This document shows positions 1 through 8,172 of a DNA stretch of 32,000 nucleotides, piece by piece. The stretch's first letter is position 1; the number at the start of each line of letters is the position of its first letter. The stretch is taken from contig NC_003450.3 in the NCBI RefSeq assembly GCF_000011325.1, positions 3,030,001 to 3,062,000 on the forward strand, written 5' to 3'. Under the pieces are notes generated by a model, which had not been told where the DNA came from, ran no database searches, and saw nothing but the letters and a program-made list of their open reading frames with translations. The DNA is from Corynebacterium glutamicum ATCC 13032 (GTDB lineage Bacteria; Actinomycetota; Actinomycetes; Mycobacteriales; Mycobacteriaceae). Position numbers and translations under genes: made by a program.

Positions 1-392
1 CCGATGATGTTACCGCCACCGGTTGAGTAGTTTTCGGGGTTGTGGGCTTCACATACGGACATGTAATAGGAGAAGGAAATGAAATCGACGGTGTTTTTTT
101 AAGATCTCACGGTCTTCATCTGTGATGTCGATGGTGATACCCTTTCGCGGAATTTGTGCAGCAAGTAGCCTGGGTATTCGCCACGGACGTGAATATTGCC
201 GAAGGCATAGTCCTCGTGGGACTTTTGCTGGGCGGTAAGTTGATCGCGTGGGTCCGGGGTAATGCCATAACGAGGAACGGCAATAATCATGCAACCGATC
301 TGGTTTTGTGGGTCGATCTCATGAGCAATCTTAGTTGCCAAAGCACTTGCTACTCAATCATGGTAAACAGCCTGGTCGCAGTCCTTCACGAT
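1..392 (-). pseudogene. 6-phospho-beta-glucosidase (GH1, AscB/BglA-like) remnant. It is 5'-truncated and frameshifted, and runs off the left edge of the window.
   Basis: The minus strand gives GH1-typical strings in three different frames. These are VASALATKIAHEIDPQNQIGCMI...HVRGEYPGYL (ORF 99..341), GITIDITDEDREILKK (ORF 49..294) and VDFISFSYYMSVCEAHNPENYSTGGGNII (bases 1..89). The frame changes near 146-152 and at the T7 run 94-100. There is an in-frame TGA at 354-356. About 200 N-terminal residues are missing. Confidence 0.75.
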
Positions 393-539
393 TCAAACTT
401 TGCCTTCCGCTACGCCTTCCACCTGATCATCATAGAAGACGGTGAAGTAACAGCAGCCGGAGATCCCACAGAGATCGTCACTGCGGGACTGATCGAAGAA
501 GTCTACAACGTCAAAGCCTGTGCATCCCAGACCCCGTGA
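372..539 (+). pseudogene. C-terminal fragment of an iron-siderophore-type ABC transporter ATPase (FhuC/FepC-like). The Walker A/B part is missing.
   Basis: The tail of ORF 156..539 reads VAVLHDSNFAFRYAFHLIIIEDGEVTAAGDPTEIVTAGLIEEVYNVKA. This matches the H-loop (VLHDLN) and C-terminal region of FhuC-type ATPases. The upstream part of that ORF is only the antisense of the GH1 remnant. Confidence 0.65.
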
Positions 540-669
540 ACAGCAAACCGATGATCGTGCCACTGGAAAGATCTTAGGCAGCCGTGGGATTACACCCTTT
601 TAGAGCTAGAACAGTAAAAATTCACCCAATAGCTTTCAACTACGCACACAAAGTGGCAACATTGAGCGG

Positions 670-1983
670 GTGACTACAGACAAGCGCAAAACCTCTAAGA
701 CCACCGACACCGCCAACAAGGCTGTGGGCGCGGATCAGGCAGCGCGTCCCACTCGGCGAACAACTCGCCGCATCTTCGATCAGTCGGAGAAGATGAAGGA
801 CGTGCTGTACGAGATCCGTGGCCCGGTGGCCGCGGAGGCGGAACGCATGGAGCTTGATGGGCATAACATCTTAAAGCTCAACACGGGAAATCCAGCCGTG
901 TTCGGATTCGATGCCCCCGACGTGATTATGCGTGACATGATCGCCAACCTTCCAACTTCCCAAGGGTATTCCACCTCCAAAGGCATTATTCCGGCCCGGC
1001 GAGCAGTGGTCACCCGCTACGAAGTTGTGCCCGGATTCCCCCACTTCGATGTTGATGATGTGTTCTTAGGCAACGGTGTCTCAGAACTAATCACCATGAC
1101 CACCCAAGCACTCCTCAACGACGGCGATGAAGTTCTTATCCCCGCACCGGACTACCCACTGTGGACTGCCGCAACCTCCCTGGCTGGTGGTAAGCCTGTG
1201 CACTACCTCTGTGATGAGGAAGATGACTGGAACCCATCCATCGAAGACATCAAGTCCAAAATCTCAGAGAAAACCAAAGCTATTGTGGTGATCAACCCCA
1301 ACAACCCCACGGGAGCTGTCTACCCGCGCCGGGTGTTGGAACAAATCGTCGAGATTGCACGCGAGCATGACCTGCTGATTTTGGCCGATGAAATCTACGA
1401 CCGCATTCTCTACGATGATGCCGAGCACATCAGCCTGGCAACCCTTGCACCAGATCTCCTTTGCATCACATACAACGGTCTATCCAAGGCATACCGCGTC
1501 GCAGGATACCGAGCTGGCTGGATGGTATTGACTGGACCAAAGCAATACGCACGTGGATTTATTGAGGGCCTCGAACTCCTCGCAGGCACTCGACTCTGCC
1601 CAAATGTCCCAGCTCAGCACGCTATTCAGGTAGCTCTCGGTGGACGCCAGTCCATCTACGACCTCACTGGCGAACACGGCCGACTCCTGGAACAGCGCAA
1701 CATGGCATGGACGAAACTCAACGAAATCCCAGGTGTCAGCTGTGTGAAACCAATGGGAGCTCTATACGCGTTCCCCAAGCTCGACCCCAACGTGTACGAA
1801 ATCCACGACGACACCCAACTCATGCTGGATCTTCTCCGTGCCGAGAAAATCCTCATGGTTCAGGGCACTGGCTTCAACTGGCCACATCACGATCACTTCC
1901 GAGTGGTCACCCTGCCATGGGCATCCCAGTTGGAAAACGCAATTGAGCGCCTGGGTAACTTCCTGTCCACTTACAAGCAGTAG
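670..1983 (+). CDS. alaT: Alanine/glutamate-pyruvate aminotransferase (PLP-dependent, class I)
   Basis: 437-aa ORF starting at GTG 670. Class I aminotransferase motifs are present: NPNNPTGAVY and SKAYRVAGYRAGW with the PLP lysine. Length and sequence are as I recall for C. glutamicum AlaT. A terminator hairpin follows. Confidence 0.9.
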   Translation: MTTDKRKTSKTTDTANKAVGADQAARPTRRTTRRIFDQSEKMKDVLYEIRGPVAAEAERMELDGHNILKLNTGNPAVFGFDAPDVIMRDMIANLPTSQGYSTSKGIIPARRAVVTRYEVVPGFPHFDVDDVFLGNGVSELITMTTQALLNDGDEVLIPAPDYPLWTAATSLAGGKPVHYLCDEEDDWNPSIEDIKSKISEKTKAIVVINPNNPTGAVYPRRVLEQIVEIAREHDLLILADEIYDRILYDDAEHISLATLAPDLLCITYNGLSKAYRVAGYRAGWMVLTGPKQYARGFIEGLELLAGTRLCPNVPAQHAIQVALGGRQSIYDLTGEHGRLLEQRNMAWTKLNEIPGVSCVKPMGALYAFPKLDPNVYEIHDDTQLMLDLLRAEKILMVQGTGFNWPHHDHFRVVTLPWASQLENAIERLGNFLSTYKQ

Positions 1984-1994
1984 TAGTTGTTAGG

Positions 1995-2040
1995 ATTCAC
2001 CACGAATCTCAGGATTTTTGAGATTCGTGGTGAATTTTTG
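1995..2040 (+). terminator. Rho-independent terminator of alaT
   Basis: Perfect 16-bp stem: attcaccacgaatctc (1995-2010) pairs with gagattcgtggtgaat (2020-2035). A T-run follows. Confidence 0.85.
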
Positions 2041-2095
2041 CGTTTTCCAGTCAGGCTCCTGCAACTTTCGGACCGATTTCAGAGGGGCGGAGCTG

Positions 2096-2185
2096 GTTTG
2101 TGGTGGATCCTTGAAATGGAACCTCGCAGGAAGCTTTCAGGAAGACCAAGTTGGGCCTAGGGGTGGCGGGATTGCAAAAATCCGT
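2096..2185 (+). repeat. Copy A, left part, of the same non-coding repeat. It lies upstream of the IS insertion point.
   Basis: gtttgtggtggatccttga lies at 2096-2114 and tgcaaaaatccgt at 2173-2185. Both recur reverse-complemented in 15897-15988. Confidence 0.6.
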
Positions 2186-2238
2186 CCCCGGTTCGCCATG
2201 AAATGCTGATTTTGATCGAATCTTTGCGCTAACTGTAG

Positions 2239-2264
2239 GGCGGGTTCAGGGGGTGAATGCACCA
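2239..2264 (+). repeat. Left terminal inverted repeat of the IS
   Basis: See the alignment with 3849-3874. The ATG of the long transposase ORF (2257) lies inside this repeat. Confidence 0.8.
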
Positions 2265-3867
2265 CGAGCAACCCGAAGGGTGCGAAGTGGGCATTCGTAG
2301 AACAATCCCAGAGGAAAGCCGTACGGCTTTCCTCGACATGATCAATCAAGGTATGTCAGGTCTTGCTGCGTCTACAGCGGTCGGGGTCAGTGAATTCACC
2401 GGGCGAAAGTGGGCGAAGGCCGCCGGGGTGAAACTGACCCGCGGCCCGCGAGGTGGCAATGCTTTTGACACCGCCGAGAAACTTGAGATTGCAGCCAGCA
2501 TGCTAGAGAAAGGATGCCTACCCCGAGAAATCGGCGAGTATGTCGGCATGACTCGGGCCAATATATCCCTATGGCGCAAACAAGGCCCAGACAAGCTTCG
2601 CCAACGCGCAGCCACCTTGCGCACCGGCAAGCGAGCAGCTGAATTCATCCACGCCCCGGTGATGGGCCCTTATTATGGGCCACGCACACTCCATCAAGTG
2701 TTGCGTGAGGACTACACAACACTGTTTGACGAGTTATCTGCGTTGGGGTTGCCAGCACAGGTGTGTGGGGCCTTACTTCATCTTGCTCCACCACCATCAT
2801 TACGCTTTTCTTATATGTCGTGTGTAGTGCCGTTATTTGCTGATGAAATCAAAGTCGTAGGACAAGGCACACGATTATCGTTAGAAGAGAAAATGATGAT
2901 CCAACGTTTCCATGACACCGGGGTCAGTGCAGCAGAAATCGGTCGACGCCTGGGTCGGTGTCGGCAAACAATTTCCAGGGAACTTCGACGTGGTCAAGAT
3001 GATGATGGACGTTATCGTGCACGCGACTCCTATGAAGGTGCGATCAGGAAACTAGCGCGTCCGAAAACACCGAAACTTGATGCCAATCGTAGGCTTCGGG
3101 CTGTGGTGGTCGAGGCGTTGAATAATAAATTATCTCCGGAGCAGATTTCTGGTCTTTTAGCCACCGAGCATGCTAACGATAGCTCTATGCAGATTAGTCA
3201 TGAAACTATTTACCAGGCGTTATATGTTCAAGGTAAAGGGGCGTTGCGTGATGAATTGAAGGTGGAGAAATTTCTTCGTACCGGTCGGAAGGGACGTAAA
3301 CCGCAGTCGAAGTTGCCATCGAGAGGTAAGCCGTGGGTGGAGGGTGCGTTGATTAGTCAACGCCCAGCAGAAGTTGCTGATCGTGCTGTGCCTGGGCACT
3401 GGGAGGGCGATTTAGTAATTGGTGGTGAAAACCAAGCGACAGCGTTGGTGACGTTGGTGGAGCGCACGAGCCGGTTGACGTTGATTAAGCGGTTGGGGGT
3501 TAATCATGAGGCGTCGACTGTGACGGATGCGTTGGTGGAGATGATGGGTGATTTGCCGCAGGCGTTGCGTCGGAGTTTGACGTGGGATCAGGGTGTGGAG
3601 ATGGCAGAGCATGCGCGGTTTAGCGTGGTGACCAAGTGTCCGGTGTTTTTCTGTGATCCTCATTCGCCGTGGCAGCGTGGGTCGAATGAGAATACGAATG
3701 GATTGGTCAGGGATTTTTTCCCGAAGGGCACTAATTTTGCTAAAGTAAGTGACGAAGAAGTTCAGCGGGCACAGGATCTGCTGAATTACCGGCCGCGGAA
3801 AATGCATGGTTTTAAAAGCGCGACGCAGGTATATGAAAAAATCGTAGTTGGTGCATCCACCGATTGA
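2257..3867 (+). CDS. tnp: IS30-family transposase (DDE). The ORF is open for 536 codons. An alternative start at ATG 2662 gives 401 aa.
   Basis: An IS30-type HTH is present (LSLEEKMMIQRFHDTGVSAAEIGRRLGRCRQTISRELRRG). The DDE core is present (HWEGDLV ... TWDQGVEMAEH ... PWQRGSNENTNGLVR). The frame has no stop codon from 2257 onward. Confidence 0.9.
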   Translation: MHHEQPEGCEVGIRRTIPEESRTAFLDMINQGMSGLAASTAVGVSEFTGRKWAKAAGVKLTRGPRGGNAFDTAEKLEIAASMLEKGCLPREIGEYVGMTRANISLWRKQGPDKLRQRAATLRTGKRAAEFIHAPVMGPYYGPRTLHQVLREDYTTLFDELSALGLPAQVCGALLHLAPPPSLRFSYMSCVVPLFADEIKVVGQGTRLSLEEKMMIQRFHDTGVSAAEIGRRLGRCRQTISRELRRGQDDDGRYRARDSYEGAIRKLARPKTPKLDANRRLRAVVVEALNNKLSPEQISGLLATEHANDSSMQISHETIYQALYVQGKGALRDELKVEKFLRTGRKGRKPQSKLPSRGKPWVEGALISQRPAEVADRAVPGHWEGDLVIGGENQATALVTLVERTSRLTLIKRLGVNHEASTVTDALVEMMGDLPQALRRSLTWDQGVEMAEHARFSVVTKCPVFFCDPHSPWQRGSNENTNGLVRDFFPKGTNFAKVSDEEVQRAQDLLNYRPRKMHGFKSATQVYEKIVVGASTD

Positions 3868-3874
3868 ATTCGCC
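3849..3874 (-). repeat. Right terminal inverted repeat of the IS
   Basis: 20/26 match to IR-L when reverse-complemented. The transposase stop codon (3865-3867) lies inside it. Confidence 0.8.
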
Positions 3875-3964
3875 TAGGAGATTGTACGAAAATTCGTTCG
3901 GCTTTCGGATTTCCTGGCGATCTGAGACGAGAAGTTGAACAGCTAACCTGCAGAAACCTTGCAA

Positions 3965-3985
3965 GAATCACAACAGCCCCAATGG
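3965..3985 (+). repeat. Copy A, right part, of the same non-coding repeat. It lies downstream of the IS.
   Basis: gaatcacaacagccccaatgg matches the reverse complement of 15861-15881 at 19/21 positions. Confidence 0.55.
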
Positions 3986-4181
3986 CCTCAAAAGTCACGC
4001 CCTCAGAATCGCTGCCAGGCGTCTAAATCCCCTAAAACGGGACAATAGGTCACTGGGCGATCCCAAGCCCTTAAAACGTGATCCTTAAATACCCACTGTC
4101 CTCTATTCTGGGTTAGGCTTCACTGGGTAAAAGTGCCTGCCTATGCCTGAAACTTGAGCATGGCAACAGCAAGGAGACACC

Positions 4182-5441
4182 GTGGGAAAACATGCAGCTG
4201 AAACATCGGAACCGAAGAAAAATTCACCGTGGCGCATTGGTTTGTTGACGTTTTTGATTTCTTCAGTTGTCGTGACGCTGGTGGGCATGGTGATGCTGTG
4301 GCCGGATTCTGATGATGTGGTGTTGGCGGATAACTTTTCGCAGACGTTTGCGGGAAATCATGAGCAGGTGGATGGAACGATCACGCTCGTTGATAATTCT
4401 GCGTGTAATTCGCCAGACACCGGCCGAGTTTTTGCGGAAAGCCCCACGATTTCTGCGGAGCCGGCAACGTTGGAGTGCGTGCGTGCACTCGTAGACATCA
4501 CATCGGGTGCCAATGAGGGGCAGAAAACTCAGCTGATCACTTACGCGCAACCTGGTGATCCGGAGTTTTCCGAGGGCGACAAGATCCGCATGGTGGAAAC
4601 ACCGGATACAAATGGCGAGATCATCTACACCTTTGCTGATTACCAGCGCGGACCGGCGTTGATCATTTGGGGTGTGGTTCTCATTGTGGCGATGGGAGCT
4701 TTCGCGGCGTGGCGAGGTGTGCGTGCGCTGGTTGGTTTGGTCGTCACCTTGGGAATTGTTGGTATTTTCTTGCTGCCAGGATTGGCCAGCGGGCACGATG
4801 CGATGTGGTTGGCGCTGGTGTGTGGCGCGGCGATCTTGTTGATTGTGGTGCCGATGGTTCACGGAATCAACTGGAAATCGGCAGCTGCGTTGGCGGGCAC
4901 GCTGGTGGCATTGTTGTTGTCGGCGGTGTTGTCGTGGGCGTCGATCGTCACCACGAATTTGCGCGGACTGGGCGATGAGAATCATCTGAAGATCATCAAC
5001 TATTTGCCGGAGGTGTCGATCTCTGGGTTGCTGTTGGCATCGTTCATCATTGGTACCTTGGGTGTGCTCAACGATGTGACGATCTCACAGGCGTCGACCA
5101 TCAATGAGCTCGCGGAAATCGATGAAGATGCCACACCGTGGAGGCTGTTTACCGGCGCGATGTCGGTTGGTCGCGACCACATTTCCTCAATGATTTACAC
5201 CCTGGTGTTGGGCTACACCGGCGCAGCTTTGCCACTGTTGCTGCTGCTTTCCTTGGCAGAGCGTCCGCTGATTCAGACTCTGAGCAGCGATGTTATGGCC
5301 GGCGAGCTGCTGCGTTCAGGTGTCGGTGCGCTGACGTTGACACTGGCGGTGCCGATCACGACGCTGATCGCCGCATGGACGGTACCCGGCGATGAGCCTG
5401 CCCCAGATGATGGCAAGCCCCGCCTGATCCACCGCCACTAA
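4182..5441 (+). CDS. YibE/F-family integral membrane protein
   Basis: GTG start 6 nt after the AAGGAG SD. One N-terminal TM segment is followed by an extracytoplasmic domain and about 7 TM segments. The motif GRDHISSMIYTLVLGYTGAALPLLLL is typical of YibE/F proteins. Confidence 0.6.
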   Translation: MGKHAAETSEPKKNSPWRIGLLTFLISSVVVTLVGMVMLWPDSDDVVLADNFSQTFAGNHEQVDGTITLVDNSACNSPDTGRVFAESPTISAEPATLECVRALVDITSGANEGQKTQLITYAQPGDPEFSEGDKIRMVETPDTNGEIIYTFADYQRGPALIIWGVVLIVAMGAFAAWRGVRALVGLVVTLGIVGIFLLPGLASGHDAMWLALVCGAAILLIVVPMVHGINWKSAAALAGTLVALLLSAVLSWASIVTTNLRGLGDENHLKIINYLPEVSISGLLLASFIIGTLGVLNDVTISQASTINELAEIDEDATPWRLFTGAMSVGRDHISSMIYTLVLGYTGAALPLLLLLSLAERPLIQTLSSDVMAGELLRSGVGALTLTLAVPITTLIAAWTVPGDEPAPDDGKPRLIHRH

Positions 5442-6757
5442 AGGTTGCGGCCGAGCGCTTCCATTTCCCAACCGGCGGCCTTCCATTTGGCAACATCGAG
5501 GACGTTTCGGCCATCAATAATAGCGCGCTTCTCGACGACCCCTCCCGCCACTTCGGGGTCAAGGTCGCGGAATTCTTGCCATTCAGTGGCAAGAACGACG
5601 AGGTGGGCGTCGATAAGCGCCTCTTTAGTGCTGGACGCATAGCTGAGCGTCGGGAAGACGCGTCGAGCGTTGTCCATAGCTTCCGGGTCGTAGACCGAGA
5701 CCGCCGCACCCTGGAGCGACAGCGAACCCGCGACCGACAGCGCCGGAGAATCGCGGACATCGTCCGAGTTGGGTTTGAATGCGGCGCCGAGCACTGTAAC
5801 CCGCTTGCCCAGCAGCGAACCGCCACACATCTCTTTGGCCAGCTGCACCACACGGTCGCGACGACGCATATTGATGGAATCGACCTCACGCAAGAACGTT
5901 AATGCCTGGTCAGCACCCAATTCGCCCGCGCGTGCCATGAAAGCGCGGATGTCTTTAGGCAAACAACCGCCACCGAATCCCAGGCCCGCGCCTAAGAACT
6001 TTCGGCCGATACGATCGTCGTGACCGATGGCATCCGCAAGCGCAACCACATCGGCGCCGGTCTGCTCACAAATCTCAGCGACCGCATTGATGAAGGAAAT
6101 CTTGGTGGCCAAGAACGCATTCGCGGAAACTTTCACCAGCTCAGCGGTAGCAAGATCAGTCACCAAAAATGGGGTATCGGCAGCAATCGCGGTGGCGTAA
6201 ACCTCGCGAGCGATCGCCTCTGCTGTCGCCCCCTCACGCACACCCACCACGATGCGGTCCGGAGTGATGGTGTCTTTGACCGCGTAGCCCTCACGCAAGA
6301 ACTCCGGATTCCACGCGATCTCCACGTGCGAACCAGGCTTGACCAGAGAATCAGCAAGCTCCTGCAACTGCTCAGCAGTACCAACCGGAACCGTAGACTT
6401 GCCGAAAATAATGTGCTCGCCCTCAAGCAGCGGCACCAAATCCTCAACAACCTGACGAACATACGTCAGATCCGCCGCATAAGTACCCTTCTGCTGAGGA
6501 GTACCCACGCCCAAGAAATGCACCTGCGCGAAAGCCGCAGCCTCCGCATAATCAGTAGTGAAGTTCAGGCGACCATTTTCCAGATTGCGCTCCAAAACCT
6601 CAGGCAAACCCGGCTCAAAAAATGGGACCTTGCTGTCCTTCAACGACGCAATCTTTGCCTCATCGACATCAACACCAAGAACCTCATGGCTAAGCTCAGC
6701 CATGCAGGCCGCGTGCGTAGCGCCAAGGTAACCCGTACCAATCACTGTCATCCGCAT
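5438..6757 (-). CDS. udgA2: UDP-glucose 6-dehydrogenase
   Basis: N-terminal Rossmann motif VIGTGYLG and catalytic-Cys motif GFGGGCLPKD. Length is 439 aa. An SD-like AAAGGA lies upstream of ATG 6757. Confidence 0.9.
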   Translation of the reverse strand: MRMTVIGTGYLGATHAACMAELSHEVLGVDVDEAKIASLKDSKVPFFEPGLPEVLERNLENGRLNFTTDYAEAAAFAQVHFLGVGTPQQKGTYAADLTYVRQVVEDLVPLLEGEHIIFGKSTVPVGTAEQLQELADSLVKPGSHVEIAWNPEFLREGYAVKDTITPDRIVVGVREGATAEAIAREVYATAIAADTPFLVTDLATAELVKVSANAFLATKISFINAVAEICEQTGADVVALADAIGHDDRIGRKFLGAGLGFGGGCLPKDIRAFMARAGELGADQALTFLREVDSINMRRRDRVVQLAKEMCGGSLLGKRVTVLGAAFKPNSDDVRDSPALSVAGSLSLQGAAVSVYDPEAMDNARRVFPTLSYASSTKEALIDAHLVVLATEWQEFRDLDPEVAGGVVEKRAIIDGRNVLDVAKWKAAGWEMEALGRNL

Positions 6758-6842
6758 GTAGGGTGATTCCTTTCAATGAAGAGTGGACTGGAGATTATCT
6801 CAACACGTTTTGATACAGCCCGCGACCGGAACACATGATTGC

Positions 6843-7412
6843 TTACTTGTTGGGGAAATTCAGGTACGCCTTCGAAGGAGTAGGACCACGCTGCCCCTGA
6901 TACTTCGAACCAAGCTTGCCGGAACCATACGGAGTCTCCGCAGGGGAACTCATCTGGAACAAAGCCAACTGCCCCACCTTCATACCCGGCCACAACGTGA
7001 TCGGCAGATTAGCCACATTGGACAACTCCAACGTGATGTAACCACTAAAACCAGGATCAATGAAACCAGCAGTAGAGTGCGTCAACAAGCCAAGACGACC
7101 AAGAGACGACTTACCCTCCAAACGACCAGCCAGATGCGCAGGCAAAGTGAACTTTTCCAGCGTGGACGCCAGCACAAACTCACCCGGATGCAGCACAAAG
7201 CCCTCGCCGTCCTCAACCTCAACAAGGCTGGTCAGCTCATCCTGATTCAACTTAGGGTCAATGTGGGTGTACTTAGAGTTATTGAAAACCCGGAAGTAGC
7301 GGTCCATGCGGACATCGACACTCGACGGCTGAATCAGCTCAGCGTCGAAAGGTTCAATTCCCAAGTCGCCTGCGTCAATTGATTTACGAATGTCACGATC
7401 TGAAAGAAGCAC
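6843..7412 (-). CDS. dcd: dCTP deaminase
   Basis: 189 aa beginning MLLSDRDI...GIEPFD, ending [13 protein letters not shown]. This is the typical Dcd family sequence and length. Confidence 0.9.
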   Translation of the reverse strand: MLLSDRDIRKSIDAGDLGIEPFDAELIQPSSVDVRMDRYFRVFNNSKYTHIDPKLNQDELTSLVEVEDGEGFVLHPGEFVLASTLEKFTLPAHLAGRLEGKSSLGRLGLLTHSTAGFIDPGFSGYITLELSNVANLPITLWPGMKVGQLALFQMSSPAETPYGSGKLGSKYQGQRGPTPSKAYLNFPNK

Positions 7413-7551
7413 GTCAACCAGTGTAGCGTTCAGCGTTCAGGGTTGGGCCACGGGTTGCTGCGATGAGGTTCCTGGGGCGCGTGGTGCTGGCGCTGATTTT
7501 TATCGTGCTAGCCTTATTCTCGGCCCTTAATTAAGCGCCACCTTTTACACT

Positions 7552-7625
7552 GCCGGTGTAGTTCAATGGTAGAACTCCTGCTTCCCAAGCAGGCGGCGCG
7601 GGTTCGATTCCCGTCACCGGCTCCA
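7552..7625 (+). tRNA. tRNA-Gly (anticodon CCC), with encoded CCA
   Basis: A manual cloverleaf fits. Acceptor gccggtg pairs with caccggc, and the D arm is gttc/gaac. The anticodon stem is cctgc/gcagg with loop ttCCCaa, anticodon at 7584-7586. The T arm is gcggg-ttcgatt-cccgt. Total length is 74 nt. Confidence 0.93.
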
Positions 7626-7628
7626 AAT

Positions 7629-7669
7629 AAGCCCCTGACCTCTCAATACGCAATGAAGGTCAAGGGCTT
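7629..7669 (+). terminator. Hairpin downstream of tRNA-Gly (possible terminator)
   Basis: aagcccctgacct (7629-7641) pairs with aggtcaagggctt (7657-7669). This is 13 bp with one mismatch. There is no clear U-tail. Confidence 0.45.
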
Positions 7670-8056
7670 AATTCTATGGAAACTACAAAAAGCACCCACT
7701 TAAATACACGCTTTAAATCCCCTCACGGTGCGATCATCAGCCCTTTTACATTTTTAGAAAAAGCTTTGCAGTTTTCCATCGCAGCCGAAAACCGCTCCAG
7801 TGCGAAATTGCGCACTACATCACACCGAACACTCGACGACATCTTTAATTTTCAACATATCCCCACCCCCAGAAATTATTCACCACTTACACTTCACATA
7901 CTCACCAATGCATAACCCAAAAAGCGTTAGATGAAACTTCCCACCCGAATCCACAAGAACTCGGGTGCCCTCAATTTCACATACCCCTAAGCGCAACACT
8001 GTGCGAGCTTTCCGCCAGTAGGCCAAGCACCCTTTCGATTGACCCCGACAAACTTT

Positions 8057-8090
8057 TAAGGCAAGCCTAAATTAGGTAAACCTTAAACAG
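8057..8090. promoter_or_regulatory. Two overlapping candidate DtxR (iron repressor) boxes upstream of the HtaA-domain gene
   Basis: taaggcaagcctaaattag (8057-8075) matches the recalled 19-bp consensus TTAGGTTAGCCTAACCTAA at 13/19 positions. ttaggtaaaccttaaacag (8072-8090) matches at 12/19. The boxes lie about 85-115 bp upstream of the ATG at 8173. Confidence 0.45.
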
Positions 8091-8172
8091 TCGCCATTGA
8101 AGAATTTTAAAAACAAACAACCTTCAACGCGCTAACAAGCATCTTCCCACTCTCGTTACCGGAGTTTCTCAC

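Larger units (their letters stand above)
2239..3874 (+). mobile_element. Complete IS30-family insertion sequence (ISCg2-like), 1636 bp, with 26-bp imperfect inverted repeats and a 3-bp target duplication
   Basis: IR-L 2239-2264 is ggcgggttcagggggtgaatgcacca. The reverse complement of IR-R 3849-3874 is ggcgaattcaatcggtggatgcacca, giving 20/26 identical. TAG is directly repeated at 2236-2238 and 3875-3877. A single transposase ORF fills the element. The length equals the 1636 bp I recall for ISCg2. Confidence 0.9.

Noticed and set aside
2018-2209. A 63-aa ORF between the alaT terminator and the IS
   Set aside because: It starts inside the terminator hairpin and has no SD. It covers the non-coding repeat described above.
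4020-4095. Direct repeat-like strings cccctaaaacggga / cccttaaaacgtga and taaatcccc / taaataccc upstream of the YibE/F gene
   Set aside because: They are short and imperfect with no known motif. They could be operator half-sites, but I cannot support that from sequence alone.
7425-7440. Tandem duplication agcgttc-agcgttc-ag upstream of dcd
   Set aside because: It has only two 7-nt units in a promoter spacer. That is too short to call a functional repeat.
7676-7915. A 79-aa ORF downstream of tRNA-Gly
   Set aside because: It has no SD and lies in G-poor, low-complexity DNA. The product is Thr/Ser/Pro/His-rich with no motif. It is most likely part of the htaD-like upstream region.
7626-8172. 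The idea that tRNA-Gly marks a genomic-island integration site
   Set aside because: No integrase lies nearby. There is no convincing direct repeat of the tRNA 3' end downstream; the best match, ttcgatt at about 8035, is only 7 nt. The downstream genes are core envelope and iron genes with ordinary composition.
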